From contig NC_081383.1 in NCBI RefSeq assembly GCF_030684315.1, positions 43,849,912 through 43,913,911 on the forward strand: DNA of 64,000 nucleotides. Direction: 5' to 3'. This DNA is from Stegostoma tigrinum (Eukaryota). Made by a program: the position numbers and the translations under genes. A model generated the notes under the pieces. It saw nothing but the letters and a program-made list of their open reading frames with translations. It searched no databases and had not been told where the DNA came from. Shown here piece after piece: positions 1 through 13,046 of the stretch. Numbering within the stretch: position 1 is the stretch's first letter; each line of letters begins with the position of its first letter.

Positions 1-445
1 TCACTGACGCGCTTCCTCTGTCATCTGTCATTTCGAGGCTGGGAGTAGTGCACCCACACAGGGAGTCTCATGTAGGTCCTATGGACGATATACTCAGCCC
101 GTCATAGCCGATCAAGGGGGTGGGGGGTCAGTGCCTCGGTGCTGGGGATGTTGGCCTGGTTGAGGACATCAGTGTTGTTGCATCTTTCTTCCCAGCAGAT
201 TTGTGGGATCTTTCATAGGCAACATTGGTAATACTGCTCCAGCGTCTTGAGGTGTTTGTTGTAGACAGACCACATCTCAGAACCATATGGGGGGTGGGTG
301 GCAGGAACCACTTCAGCTCTGCAAACCATGATCTTGGTATCAGATCTGATATTGTTGTTCTCAAATACCCTTTACCTCAGACGGCTGAAAACTGTGCTTG
401 TACAATGGAGACGATACTAGATCTCTTCATCAATAGCTGCTTTGG
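1..445 (-). mobile_element. RTE-clade LINE reverse transcriptase C-terminal fragment, degenerate
   Basis: The minus strand, read across frameshifts, gives IDEEI..RL...FSRLR.RVFENNNIRSDTKIMV...YGSEMWSVYNKHLKTLEQYYQCCL.KIPQICWE, typical of the RTE ORF C-terminus. Confidence 0.75.
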
Positions 446-939
446 TTGGCAGCACACTTCCAAGGCATAAGAAGTGGTCAGCATTTTCTAAGGCTTCCTC
501 ATGTGTGATTCTAAAACGCTTAAGGCAAATAAACACCTGAGATTTCTAACCTGTCTCTGCACTGTACCTTGTAACATATTTCCATGCAAATCCTGTATTC
601 TGCTGAGTGAAAAATTGCTATTAGATTGAAATAGCAACCTTTTTATCAGAATATCTGGAATTCTGGTTTCTTTTTGAACAAAGTGCCCCTGTGTAATGAG
701 CTGAAATACAATTCCCATGGATAGCTGCTACTAGTCTCACAACTGCTTAATGCATCACATCCCTGTTACTCTCAACTTATATCACAATGTTACATTCACT
801 CACATTTTCATCTCATCCTTACACACTTCACACAGTGGCAAGCCTTACGCCCACATCTTATAACTTACATATTCAATCATGATAGTCACATCACCTAGTC
901 TGTACTCACCCAGACAACAGTCACTGACAAGCTTGCCTC

Positions 940-2040
940 TCTTTTGCAGGACAAGGCAGCCTAAGTTGTTTCTAGCCAATGCTTTCAGACACACCTACAT
1001 ATCCTTGTACCAACAGAGAAACACAAGAACACAGTCCAAGATGAGTAGAACACATGAGATGACAAGGTGTAGAGCTGGATGAACACAGCAGGCTAAGCAG
1101 CATCATAAATCTCTGATTAGAACACATGGTCTGTTTATACTACTCATTATCAACTGAGGGGTCATGACTGAGATTATACCAGCACTGAGGCTGGCATGGT
1201 TATACTTGCTTCCTCTGCTCATATTCCACTACCTCCCCATCCCACATCACTACGGATTTGAAAATGTGAATGCCAGTGTTCAAATGTGAACCCTTTGCTT
1301 TTCACCCCATCCCTCAATACAGCCTTGCCTTTGCTTCCTTCCTTCTAGAAACTAAGAAGTATCACTTTGCACAGGAGTAGTCAAAGTAAAAGAAGGCAGT
1401 GATGATGAACAGACATCATCACTAGATATTACACTTGCAGCCACCATCTCAGGCACTGACACCGCATGTACTTTATAGGATAGCTAAGAGACAGGGATCT
1501 TCACATGGTACCACACCACGTTGGAAGGCAAGGTTACACTTCAGATTTGCAGAATACTTAGAAGAGAACTTCAATGGGAGGGTATGCAGAAGAAGTTTGA
1601 TCGTTTTGCACAATGATATGCTCGATGCACTAGCAAACCTGTCACACAACCTGTAACCAAATATAAAGGAGTATTGAGGAGTCTGGCACCAACTAGGCAT
1701 GGGGCTATCTGCAGACCTACGAAGCCCAGCACAGAAATGTTGGCCCACTCTGTGACTTGCAGACTCAATCATACTGCAGTGTCCCATGACCAATGTCTCA
1801 GTTTCCAGTGCAGGATGAGCCAGAACCATCCAAAATGCTACAGTGGAATTTCTAGCTGAAGTCATGGAGGCTCAGCCAACTATTGTGCAAGTTAGGATTA
1901 TTATGAAGGCTCAGTCAGTTGCTATCATGGCTACGAACACCAGTTTTCAAAGAGGATTGTAGGATCTGACAGCAAGCTACTATCCTGGGGGACAGGCAAT
2001 GGTATCACAGAATGCAAATTTGCTATCCTTTCTCAGGATG
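940..2040 (+). mobile_element. Probable decayed Harbinger accessory (Myb/SANT) gene remnant
   Basis: Acceptor-like tttgcag at about 949 and tttgcacag at about 1374. The peptide EENFNGRVCRRSLIVLHNDMLDALANL resembles the C-terminal part of Harbinger accessory proteins (recall only). No intact ORF. Confidence 0.35.
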
Positions 2041-2321
2041 GCAGTACTTGTTCTGCTACCATTGCAATTACACCATTGATTTTGCTGTTTGCACTGATGC
2101 TGATTTGCTTCAGTTTGGAACCATATCTTAAGGTCTTGACCTCCTCAAGTTCATCCTGAAAAGCCAGATTCAGTCTCATTGGATAGTAGCATCCTGTCAC
2201 AGTAATAGCACTTTGGAGAAACATTAGGCCAGGTAGAGATCTCTGCAAGATAGGCACTAAGGGAATGAGTCACTGCTGATAGGCCTGTAATGAAATATTA
2301 CCCCAAGTCCTCTTTCTTTTC

Positions 2322-2420
2322 AGAGATAACAAGGTGTAGACCTGGATGAACACAGCAGGCCAAGCAGCTTCAGAGGAGCAGGAAAGCTGACGTTTCGGGT
2401 CGAGACCCTTCTTCAGAAAT
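2322..2420 (-). mobile_element. Penelope pLTR fragment with hammerhead ribozyme core at 2389-2416
   Basis: The minus strand reads CTGAAGA-A-GGGTC-TC-GACCC-GAAAC-GTC. The flank matches the 3' end of the GIY-YIG Penelope element at 32-32.9 kb. Confidence 0.75.
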
Positions 2421-2879
2421 CAGAATTCAGCTTTCTTAACCACTCTGCTTTCCACGACTTTCTTTTCACTGAGAATGTGATTATTCTCTTTAATGTCAGT
2501 TTTTTGTACTCAGTAACAATGCTTGATGGTGTATACAGTTGTTTTGGAAGTGGCTTCTACATTTCCCTCCTTAAACATTTGTCCGGGGAAAAGAAACAAG
2601 TTGAGCCCAGTCTTTGAAATCTTTGTAAGGCAAACACTTTAGTTCAAATTGTTTCTATATGCTATGCGTTTTGAGGCAAGATTTTCCTCCTGACAGCAGA
2701 AAACAAATGATGGGACTGTTTCCTTGGATCCAGGTCTCACTTCCAAGGGAACCAACCAGACTTAGCATTTTATCATCATGGAGTTGAGCTGTTAATGATT
2801 TGGAAGTCACTTTGGGTGAATGGTTAACAGAAGAAACAGAGGTGGGACTGCAAATGTGCGGGCCTGATGTAAACAAGGA

Positions 2880-4573
2880 GCGTGCAGAAACCCAAAATCT
2901 GGGGATTCGTTTCCCCTCATTTTGCAGATGAAGAACTGGAGGCCTTCATCAAGGGAGAGAAAAAAGAGTCCCGCTTCCCAGTGACTGGCAGAAGGGGACC
3001 ATTGGATAGAAGTTGTGCAGAAAGAGAACAGACCAGAATTTATTTAAAGGAATTGGGTCCAATGCTGGAAAAGATTCAAGGGCCTGATTTGGTCTGTCAA
3101 AATGTCTGCAACACTGAACTCACACGATAAGTCAGATATTCACCCTCAGCAAATACACCAGCTGAGTTGTCTGAAGGTACAGGCTGCAGTCCAGGGTACT
3201 TATATTCATGAGCTTTGATGAGGGGTCAATAAGTTGTTGATATTGGCTGCAAAGGCCAACAGTACCATCTCTTGTTACCCTTGCAGGAAGGATGGGTGCA
3301 TAATGCTTGGAAGAATGTTCAGACAGGAGGAAGGTGTCCCCAGCCACATGATATCACCATAATGGAAGAGGGAGCCATGAACATCATCAGGGTTGCTGAT
3401 GAACATTATGTTGTGAAGATGAGATGGGATACCAGGTGGAAAGTTGGAAAAGAGACTGGAATCCTAAGATCAAAGCGGTCTATTAAATACCAGCCCCTGC
3501 CAACACCATTCTGAAGACCGAGCTTCATGAGGAAGCCTCAGTATTGCAAAGCTTCTGCTTTCCAAGGCTAGGTCTCATGATCTCTTCAATGTGTCTTACA
3601 AGTTCAGACAGTGAAGTGTTAAAACTGATATCTGATCATCACTAAGCCAAGCTGTCAGAGCAGAGCTCAGGTTGAGCACTGTCATCATAGAAATGAACGA
3701 ACTATCACCAGTGCAGATAATATTTTAGTGGCCCTTGCCAAAAATGGGACTGAATGAGAAGTGTACGATGTACGTTGCTCTGCCATGGGAACCACATTTT
3801 CAGAAGATTAATGGCTTGCTTGATGATGGTCTCAGTGAGCAAACTGTTTCAGTTGTAGCTCCTCTGTGTTGAGTTATTGTAGTAAGTGAATGGCATCTCA
3901 TCAAGGGATAGCCCCTGCTGAACAGAATTCAGTCATGGAATTTGGGGTTCTAGCTGTGCAGCCTAGATCAGCAGAGGAAGAAGACATAAAATTACTAGGA
4001 AAGTGAACTTACATATGATGGAAGCTCTAGATCTGTCTTCAAACAAGATGAACTTTGAAAATAATGAAAGCTGTTGTTGTTGATGGACTACACAGCGTGT
4101 TCAGGGAGTGCAAATGATGATGCCCTAATCTTGGTGGAATTCAACAATAAAAATAAAAGCCACTGCCCTTTGCTTGCGAGTTTCCATCTGTCTAGAATTG
4201 AATGTACCTGCGAGATGACTTGTGAGTTGCTGAGTCATTTACACTTTTGCAAGATGCTACTAAAATTCATAGCTGAGAGACAAAAAAGTTCAAAACCAAT
4301 GTAATTTAAGTCCAAAGTGACTTTAATAGCTATTGCCGGGAATGAAATGCAATCCTGCAGGATGTAACAGCTTCTGTGATCCTGCTACTTACCTTGTAAT
4401 CAGGTGGCCTCCCAACTGTGTCTGGAAGCTTTGTCTCCTTCGTCTTATGCTTCTTTAATTCCAACAAGATGCCAAATCCCTCAAGGGCTAAAATCTCACT
4501 GACCACTGTGCCCACCTCATATGCTCACAAGGATTCCCCCTGTTTTCTGCTGAATCCCCCTCTAGAATTCTCC
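2880..4573. mobile_element. Fossil Harbinger/PIF DNA transposon with convergent Myb/SANT (+) and DDE transposase (-) remnants
   Basis: + strand 2882-3085: PHFADEELEAFI...FPVTGRR...WIEVV...NWVQCWKRF (Myb/SANT-like). - strand about 3780-4085: NNSFH..VHLV, HFPS, RGYPLMR and QRSYN*NSLLTETIIKQAINLLKMWF, matching HARBI1-type motifs KGFHSLNVQLVCD, GDxGYP and YN..H..TR..IEQAIGLLKMRF. Outer limits approximate. Confidence 0.7.
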
Positions 4574-4899
4574 CTTTCATGGAAATCAAATTCCCTGGGT
4601 CAGCGTGACTGGAACCCTAATCTGTGTCTACCTCCATGCACCTGGACTTTCTTCAGCAAGAGCTAAATGAGCTTTTGGTTACATAGCTAATGAATTGGAC
4701 AAGCTCCTAGTGCTGGTGAAACTTGGCTGTGCCAGGATTATTGATGAGATTACAGCGCAATGATCTGTGCCAGAAATTTTATCTCCTTGCCAGTGTCTGA
4801 TCCCACCTTCAGTTGGAGCTAGAAATGCTATTCAGGCGAGTTCTTAATTTCTTAAAACAAATAGATTTTTCATATTGACAGAAAACAATTAGTCTCAAT

Positions 4900-5235
4900 T
4901 TAAGACCATAAGAAATAGTTACAGCTATAGGCTGCTCAGCCACTTGAGCCGAATCTTGTCATTCACTGTGATCACGCTGATCCAATATTTTTCATGTCTG
5001 ATTTCCTGCAGTTTCCCCGCAACCTTCAATTCCCTCAGCTGATCAAGAATCTATCTATCTCAGCCTTAAAAACACACAAGGGCTCTGCTCCCACACCTCT
5101 CTGTGGTAAGGCGTTCCAAAGACTCTCAAACCTCTGACAGAAGACATCCCTCTTAAATTGGCACTCCTTTAATCTGGGACAATGTGCTCTGATCCTAGAT
5201 TCTCCCATGCAGGGAAACATCCTCTCAGCATTTGA
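4900..5235 (-). mobile_element. CR1 LINE 3' end fragment
   Basis: ORF 5035-5220 (RAHCPRLK...FKRDV...LWNALPQRGV...VFKAEIDRFL) is the CR1 ORF2 C-terminus. Confidence 0.8.
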
Positions 5236-5419
5236 GATAACAAGGTAGACTTGAGATAACTGGCAAGCTTTTTAAATTCAGATCAGAAAAGCTTCAATAG
5301 CATTATTCCTTTATCAGCAAATCTCAAAGAATCCAGTGTCAGTCTGCATAAGAACAGGGGAAGGATGTGCTTGAAAAGAAGGGGATGTAGAGGAGATTTT
5401 TAAAAAATTCATCAACAGG

Positions 5420-5752
5420 ATAAGGGCATCGCTGGCCAGGCAGCATTTATTGCCCATCCCTAATTGCCCAGAGGGCAGTTCAGAGTCAACCACTTTGCTG
5501 TGGGTCTGGCCACATGTAGGCGAGACCACTTAAGTATGGCAGTTTCCCTCCCTAAAGGATATAAGTGAACTAGATAGGTTTTTCCTGACAATCAGCAATG
5601 GATTCACGGTCATTAGATTCTTAATTCCAGATACTTTTATTGAGTTCAAATTCCACCATCTGCTATGGTGGGATTTGAACCCGGGTTCCCCAGAACATTA
5701 TCTGGGTCTCTGGATTAATAGTCCAGCGATAATACCACTAGGCCATTGTCTT
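5420..5752 (-). mobile_element. tRNA-headed SINE (DeuSINE/SacSINE-like)
   Basis: Minus-strand A box (TGGCCTAGTGG) and B box (GGTTCAAATCC). A homologous copy lies at 30805-31360. Confidence 0.7.
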
Positions 5753-6061
5753 CCCGTTACAAGCATTCAACAGAGTACTGCCTGGGATGGAGCATTTCAG
5801 CTGTGAATACAGGCTGGATAAACTCAAGTTCTTTTCATTAGAACAAAGAAGGTAGTGAGGGAGCTGATAGCGGTCTATAAGATTATGCGGGATAATGGGC
5901 AGGGTGACTAGAAAGCAGATGTTCCCCTTAGTGTAAGGATCAATATAAGAGGGACATAATTTTAAAGTGGAAGAGACGGATTTTAAAAAGGGGTAGCATC
6001 CAGAACACATTACTGGGAGGGTAGTTAAGGTGGGAAACCTCACAATCTTTAAGAAGTGCTT

Positions 6062-6395
6062 AGATGAATCACAGAATCCTTAGTGTGGCAGTAGGTCATT
6101 CAAATCATCAAGTCTATACTGACCCTCCAAAGAGCATCCCACCCCATCCCTATAACCCTACATTTTCCATGGCTAATCCATCTAGCTTACACATTCCTAG
6201 ATACTATGAACAATTTAGCATGGCCAACCCACCTAACCCACACATCTTTGATCTGTGGGAGGAAACCTGGAGCAACCAGAAGAAACGCATGCAGACATAG
6301 GGAGAGCATGCGAACTCCACACGGACAGTCACCCAAGGGTGAAATTGAAGCCAGGTCCCTGGCACTGTGAGGCTAACCATTGAGCAACCGTGCCA
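6062..6395 (-). mobile_element. HE1-type shark SINE
   Basis: Minus-strand tRNA-like head GGCACGGTTGCTCAATGGTTAG and conserved core TGTGTGGAGTT...CTCCC. Sister copies at 23686, 31610 and 45770. Confidence 0.8.
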
Positions 6396-6399
6396 TCTA

Positions 6400-6760
6400 T
6401 CTCCTCCTCAAATTTAGTCAATGTCCTGACATCCACCACACTCTAGGAGTAATGAATTCCACAAATTCATGGCACTTTGAAAGAAGTTATTTCTCCTCAT
6501 CTAATTTGAATTCAATACCCCTTATCCTAAAACTATGACTACTCGTTCTAGATTGCCCGACATGAGGAAATATCCTCTCTGTTTACTTTATCAAATCCCT
6601 TTAAAATCTTATATACCTCAATTAGACCTCCTCTCATTCTTCTAAACTCTAGAGAGTATAGACTTAATCTGCTTGATCTCTTCATAAGACAAACCACTTC
6701 TCTCTGGAATCAATCTCCTGAACTGTCTCCAATACAACCACATTCCTCTTCAAAAGGCAA
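6400..6760 (-). mobile_element. CR1 LINE 3' fragment
   Basis: Reverse complement resembles the CR1 ORF2 C-terminus (RMRGGLIEVYKIL...LWNSL). Confidence 0.7.
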
Positions 6761-8212
6761 GATCACAAACAATTAGTTTGTCTATAACTTTAAAAATAGT
6801 ACCCAATATATACATTCATATTTACTGAAGTAAGACTGTTGTATGGTGAATAAAATATCAGCTGTCAATGAAAGGGTCAATTTCTCTGCTTGTTTGCAGT
6901 AAATGTGGAATGAAACATTCTCAGATACACATAATTGTGACACTTTACGTAAATCCTAATAAAAAATACAAGTAAAGTTAAATTGGTCCAAATAAAAGTA
7001 CAACTTGATTGTTTTTATCACGCATTCCAGAAAAGCTAACTTCACGGCTGAAGCTTTTCTTTCATGAAAGCAAAATCTTTGGGGCCTTTCATAGTTGTGC
7101 AAGGAAATTTTAATCAAAATAAATCCACAGCATCCTTAATTTATAACATTTTAGTACTCCAATTCTGGAGATTCTCAAATTGAAATAAACGTACTTGACA
7201 AAGTCACACTTACATGCATCTTTGAAATATGAATTCCTATAATACATTATGAATGCATAAGAGCCAAACCTTTCGTGATATTCTTGGGTCTTCAGCCAAA
7301 GAGTTGTTTAGATTTTCAACCCTTTTGAAATGAAAATTATAACTCAATTTTTTACCAAAGCGTAGACACACACATGTGAAGGACAAGTAAGTAACAAACA
7401 AAAACAAAACATGCCTGTATGCTGCCAACACTCAAGACAAAACTACACAAGATAAGTCACGCTACAATCAAAGCAATAAATCACATTTAACTTTTAAAGA
7501 GAAACTTCAAACAAAAGAAACTTTCATTTGGTAATTTTTACGTTTCATTTTTCTCGTTACAACCCTGCTATCAACTTCATTGATGATTGTTTGAGTTCCT
7601 TTCTCTTCTTTTGATATATGGTCTCAGCAGCTTACTTTGGTTCCTGAACGTGTTGTTCTTTCAATTGCTTGGATTTCTTTCATTTAACAATGAGGTGCAC
7701 AAGTATTCCCCTACAGGCCAAACTTTCGCAACATTTAGCTTAAATATGCATTTCTGGATGATCTTAGGGAATCTTCAATTCTTGTAGAGAATGTAATTTT
7801 AAACCCCATTGCATTCATCGAAAATTTTTAGGATATCCATCATCATCTAGGCCCATTTATCTGTTAGGTTGTCTAGCAGAGGGCATAATCTCAGAATAAG
7901 GGGGTTATACATTTGCAAAGAGGTGAGGAGGAATTTCTTCTCTCAGAGGGTACTGAATATGTAGAATTCTTTACTGCAGAACACATGCAAGGCTGTGTCA
8001 TTAAATATATTTAGAACTGAGGTAGACTTTTTTTTAAAGCAGTAAGAGAATCAAGGGTTATGGGAATCAAAGGCTGGAAAGAGAAGTTGAAGATTATTAG
8101 TTCAACCATAAACTCATTACATGATGCAGCAGACTTAATGGGCTGAATGGCGTATTTCTGCTCCTACATCTTATATCAGTTTCTTCGATGTGATTACATA
8201 AATCTATTCAAA

Positions 8213-8330
8213 GGGCTTTTGTGGTGTAGTGGTAATGAACCCACAGCTGGACCAAATGATCAGGGTTCAAGTTCCACCTTCTCCAAAGGTGTGTGACAGC
8301 ATATCTTAACAGGTTGATTTTAGCATATTT
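8213..8330 (+). mobile_element. Short tRNA-derived SINE-like element, about 110 bp
   Basis: GTGGTGTAGTGG A box, GGGTTCAAGTTCC B box, ending in AACAGGTTGATT. Related copies at about 10545-10650 and 56790-56900. Confidence 0.55.
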
Positions 8331-8930
8331 ATAACTGAATTCTTTCCTCCATGGAAATACATGGATGTTCTATATCCTCTCCAAGATGTTAACACACTTC
8401 CCAAATAATCAAAATTGTATACACAACATTCCAGCTTATGCCTAAACAGAGACCTGCCTTAACAACATGCTCTTCCACCGCCAGTTTTGGCAATATGCAC
8501 ATCCACCAAAATAGTACCATTTAGATTCAACTACCTGTCCGTGTTGTTTTATCCCAGATTGTTTTAAATAATTGCAATGTTTCTGCCTATTTCATCAGTC
8601 TGTCTGCTTCCAGTCTGCTTATTTTCTTTAATTCACATTGCCAAGTTTAATACTATCTCTAGAATTTGTAGTTAATTGGCTGAAAAGCACTTTGGAATAT
8701 GCTGAGTGCATGATGGATATTATACAAATCCAAGTCTCTCATAACTCTCGCACCATCAATTTCAGGGTGACATGGAAAGAGGCAAGGACCAAATTTTCAG
8801 TTATTTTGGCTGTAAATGGTATGTGGGCATGATGGAGATCAAGGGCAGGGAAGGTATCTCAGCTTCAATAACAATTATTAAAGCATAAATGACGAGTAAA
8901 AATGGCTAATTGGTTTCTTTATTTTTCCAG

Positions 8931-9087
8931 GATCAGTGGATGTGTCCCGTCGTAATCCAATTGCCTCATGGATGTGTGCAATGCTTTATTGCTTTGCCAG
9001 TTACATAATGGCTGACGTACTGCTTGGAGAATCACCCCTCCATTATTTTAACAACACCTCTCACATCTTACTGGCAACTGCTGTTTG
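8931..9087 (+). CDS. TMEM38A: TMEM38A-like TRIC channel, coding exon 2 (157 nt)
   Basis: Acceptor ttttccag| and donor |gtgagt. Encodes (G)[51 protein letters not shown](W), close to TMEM38A [34 protein letters not shown]. Confidence 0.93.
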
Positions 9088-10452
9088 GTGAGTGAACACA
9101 GGTTTTGTCATTCACTTTGTTAAATTCACTTTTTTGCTGTGGGTGGGTGTGATAAGAATCAGGTTGGTGGGCAGAGGAGAACATGAGGGTATGAAAGTAT
9201 AATTATAGTATCATTCAGTATAAAATAACTCAAAGTTTGTTCTTGTTTGTTCCCCACGTTAAAATACTACTCTGCTTGGTGATATTGAGAAATAAATATG
9301 GAGAAGGACATTCGGATTAGTTTACAATTTAGAACACTGCAGTTATCCAGATTGGTTCTAAGAGCTGGACGTCTAGGGAAACATAAATTTAAGAGTAATT
9401 TGACCAAAGTTTATAAACTTACTGGAAATGAAATGTTTTTGCATCGACCAATTGTAAAGATTAGGGAGAATGTGTTCATATTTACTGATCGCGTAAGGAT
9501 AGAGGAATTTACAAAACAGGTTGTTGGTTTGAGTAGGTATGTTGATTTATTGAATTTCTTTAAATAAAAGCTGGGCATGTTTCTAGATCACCTGCTATAA
9601 GTCTTTCCCCAAACCCTAATTGGCTTTAGAATTTTTGTTGTTGTTATTTTTATATGGTTTAGGGTGAGTTGAGATATATGTGGTATATGTGCTGAAGTGC
9701 AAGGCACCACAACTGTATGACTCTGTGTCACAAAATGTAACACTAAGCTACATTAGGAAATGTTAGGTCAAATGTCAAAAAACTTTCAGCCATGGTTGAA
9801 TGACAGAGCAGACTCGATGGGCCAACTGGCCTAATTCTCTTCCAACATCTTATGGAAATGTCTCCATGGAGGAAGTGAATTTGAGAGCCAGAGAGGTGAA
9901 TGATGTATTCCAGACCTTCGCCACTAGGCAACTGAAAGAACAGCCACTAATGGTGAAGCAAGTGGCAAGTAAAACTTAGGGACAAGTATAGTCTTTAAAA
10001 CTGGCTTACTGCACTTGGTTTTTCAAATGAGAATACTGTGAAGCAGCAGATCCAACAAAAAGCTAGAAGTTGGAAATGCTTATGTCAAGGACCCATTGAT
10101 ATGAGGAATTTGTAAAAACTAGATAACTTGTGCAATTGAGGAGGACTGATGCAGGAGGTGGCTTCTGTGGACAAAAAGGCCTGTTTTTACATTGTAAAAT
10201 TCTAAATTATTCAATATTAAAAAAGGAAAAAAATCCATATTTCCTATTTTTGCATAATTACAAGTTAGATCAATGATTTAAAAGAGGCTGATCATAGCTA
10301 TCACTCTATGTTCACTCATTGTCAAATAATTAAACTTAACAATGGCATCAAGCCCCTAGCTACCAACTGTTTCATTGATCAACCTTCAGAGAAATTGGAG
10401 AAATACTATTGTTCCTCCCTACCTCCCATGGTTACACCATTGTGAAAGTAAA

Positions 10453-12462
10453 TGCAATCATTAATATAGCAAGTAGTTTAGCAGATTATGAGGTTAATTG
10501 ATTAAATTGACTGGGTAGATATGGAGGGGATACAAGTACACTTGTTGTTTGGCGCTAGTGTCCCTACCTCAAGTTAGAAGAACCTCAAGTTCAAGTCACA
10601 ACTCCTTCAGGGGTGCATCAAAACATATCCAAACAGGTTGATTAAAATAAGCTGTAAAGAGGAAATAGGTGGGACTGGTGCATACAAGGAACTGTACGGC
10701 TGAATACTTGATAAATTCTACCCACAAAGAATGATGTCTTGGTTTCTGTTTCACTGAGTGACTTTGATGCAGATTGACATTGGGAGTAGCATAAATGGCA
10801 GTCTAAGGAAGGATTGAAAACTAAAGGTTCTTTTCAGGCAGATGATTATAATTGGAGTTACTTTGGAGAAGAATGCTGAAACCAAGTGCAAAGTGTTGAC
10901 TTCCCAGTGACATTTCGTTAAGGTGAACTTAGCAATCCATGGGAAAATGAAGCAGATACGTGTACATAGGTTAAAGCTAGACCAAGAGAAAAAGGTAATT
11001 GCCTCTTCTACCCACTTACTAAAAAGATGATCAGGTGTAATGTATTCTCAGGACTAGAGTCTCAACCATTTTCAGATAGAAACACTTCTGAAAAAGATAT
11101 CAGAAGCATTAAAAAAATTCTTGAAGAATATTCACTACCAGCAACCTTCTGGCTCAATTGGGGTATTCAACAGCAGCACAAAGAATGGAGGATTCGATTG
11201 GAATGGCAAAAAGACACCACTCAGATACAGGCTGAAAGCATCAATACAAGAAGAGAATCTAAAAAATAGAGAAGACAGAAATGCCGACAACACCATCAAA
11301 TGTCGCACTGAAACATTTTAGTGACTACAAATTATTTAGAAGTTGACGAAGGATGCCAAACAAAAAAAGTTGGAGTGCTGGAAAGAATTTAGTATATACT
11401 ATGGTACCAAATAGGGTACCACCAGGCTCTTCATAAAGATAGGTATGGACAGAATATTGTTTCAACTAAAAATCTGGTAGTCAGATGCAACTGTCAATTG
11501 CCCTAACACAGAAAAAGTGATCTTGAAGATCTTAGTTCTTTTAGAAACATACTCTTGGTAATATAAGTCACTTCATATAAAAGTTGCCCTTTTGCAAGGT
11601 GACAAGTTTCAAAGGGTAGCGTTTTTGAAACCACTTAAAGAAGCAGGCAGTATAGAAGAGAAACTGCGGAACTAAGGAAGTAAACAAATGTGTTTATGGG
11701 TTGAATATTGAGTGAAGGTAGGCTGTTTTTCCAGACCTGGATGACCCAGAAGACATATAGCTTTTTAGTGATGCTGCACATGCCAATCCTCCAGTTGGGT
11801 ATTTGTGTATAGCATAGTTTATTACATTCTTGGTGGGAAAGAAGGAAAAATATTTTCTTGGTAGGAGCCAAGAAAATAAAAAAAGGGTATTTCACATCAG
11901 CAGAAGCAAGGACACGTGTGTATTTATCCAATATTCTAAACAAAGTCTTATAAATTTTGACAATCTGAGAAAAAAATGGCCCATAGAATGTAATGTGGCT
12001 AACACATTGTCTTACAAAAGTAATCTTGGAGATCCTGAAATTAGACATAGGCTGATACTAGGCATTACAAGAACACAAAAATCAACTTTTGTTTGGGTCA
12101 CTTTGTGACTAAGAGCATTTATAACATATTTTGTTTCAAGAGAAAGGAATATGAAAGATTGATTGTGTGTGTGGAATTTGAAAAATATCATTACTGATTA
12201 CTGCAGTTGTATTACAAGGTAAGATCTAGAATATGAGGATTGTTTGTTTCCAAACGTTTTATTCAAAGAAAAGGGTGTTTCTTATTACAGGAAGTAGTTA
12301 AATAGTTTTTGGGATTAATTGATTAAATTGACTGGGGTAGATATAAAGGGAGACTGGAGTGTGGAAGGAGCTGTAATCCTGAGTAGTGAATAAACTCTAT
12401 GCACAAAGAAAGGTGTCATGGTTTGTGTGTCACCTATTGGCTTGATTCCCTCTCTTTTAACA
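10453..12462 (+). mobile_element. Degenerate, internally deleted Ty3/Gypsy LTR retrotransposon in TMEM38 intron 2
   Basis: Direct repeats ttaattgattaaattgactggg(g)tagatat at about 10494 and 12316, and cacaaagaa..tgtc.tggttt at about 10723 and 12402. Polypurine tract AAAGAAAAGGG at 12265-12275 is followed by TGT, and the 3' LTR ends in ACA at 12462. The interior has RNase H-like (LRYRLK...NADN) and integrase-like remnants. Confidence 0.65.
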
Positions 12463-12861
12463 CAGTACATAACTTTACTGAACCAACAGGGCATTACTTG
12501 GTGACTTTCTTCACGGTGTCCACAAACACTGCTTTATAGTCAAGCAGTGGGAGAGGTCTGTTAATGTTCTTACCTTTTTGATTTTCCCCCTTTCTATTTT
12601 AAGCTGCTTCCATTTAGGATTGTCTAATTTACTTAATGAATTTCAATACCCAGCAAAGGCATGGCACAGCTTGTACCTGCTGTGCCTACTATTTCAGTCT
12701 ACAACGGGTGAAAAGAAAACTTCTATTAAGGACATTAAATCATGTTAAAACCGTATATTTGTTGAAACTAATGTGGTTTACATATCACCAATTAAATAAG
12801 ATTTAGTTACTAATATTGAACATTTGTCATTACTGAAATAAACACCATTATTTCAACTTAG

Positions 12862-13046
12862 GTACCTCATCTTTTATTGCCCACTGAACCTTTTCTACAA
12901 ATGTGTGGCCTTCATGCCTGTGAAGTTGGTCCTCACTGCTATGAAAGAGGTGGTGCGAGTCCGCAAAATTAGTGTGGGTGTAGTCCATGCACACCATGCT
13001 TACCACCACGGATGGATCATAATGGCTTTGGTTGGATGGGCCAAAG
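12862..13046 (+). CDS. TMEM38A: TMEM38A-like TRIC channel, coding exon 3 (185 nt)
   Basis: Acceptor cttag| and donor |gtaagt. Encodes [61 protein letters not shown](G), with the TRIC KEV.R.RK motif. Phases are compatible with the flanking exons. Confidence 0.95.

Noticed and set aside
6800-7760. Unique AT-rich stretch with a protein-like minus-strand frame (MKEIQAIERTTRSGTKVSC*DHISKEEKG...)
   Set aside because: Internal stop, weak acceptor and no recognisable family, so it cannot be supported as an exon or pseudogene.
1-8930. TMEM38 coding exon 1
   Set aside because: No sequence encoding a ...FPVFDL.YFIVSILYLKYEP-like peptide or CpG-rich promoter was seen; it probably lies upstream of the window.
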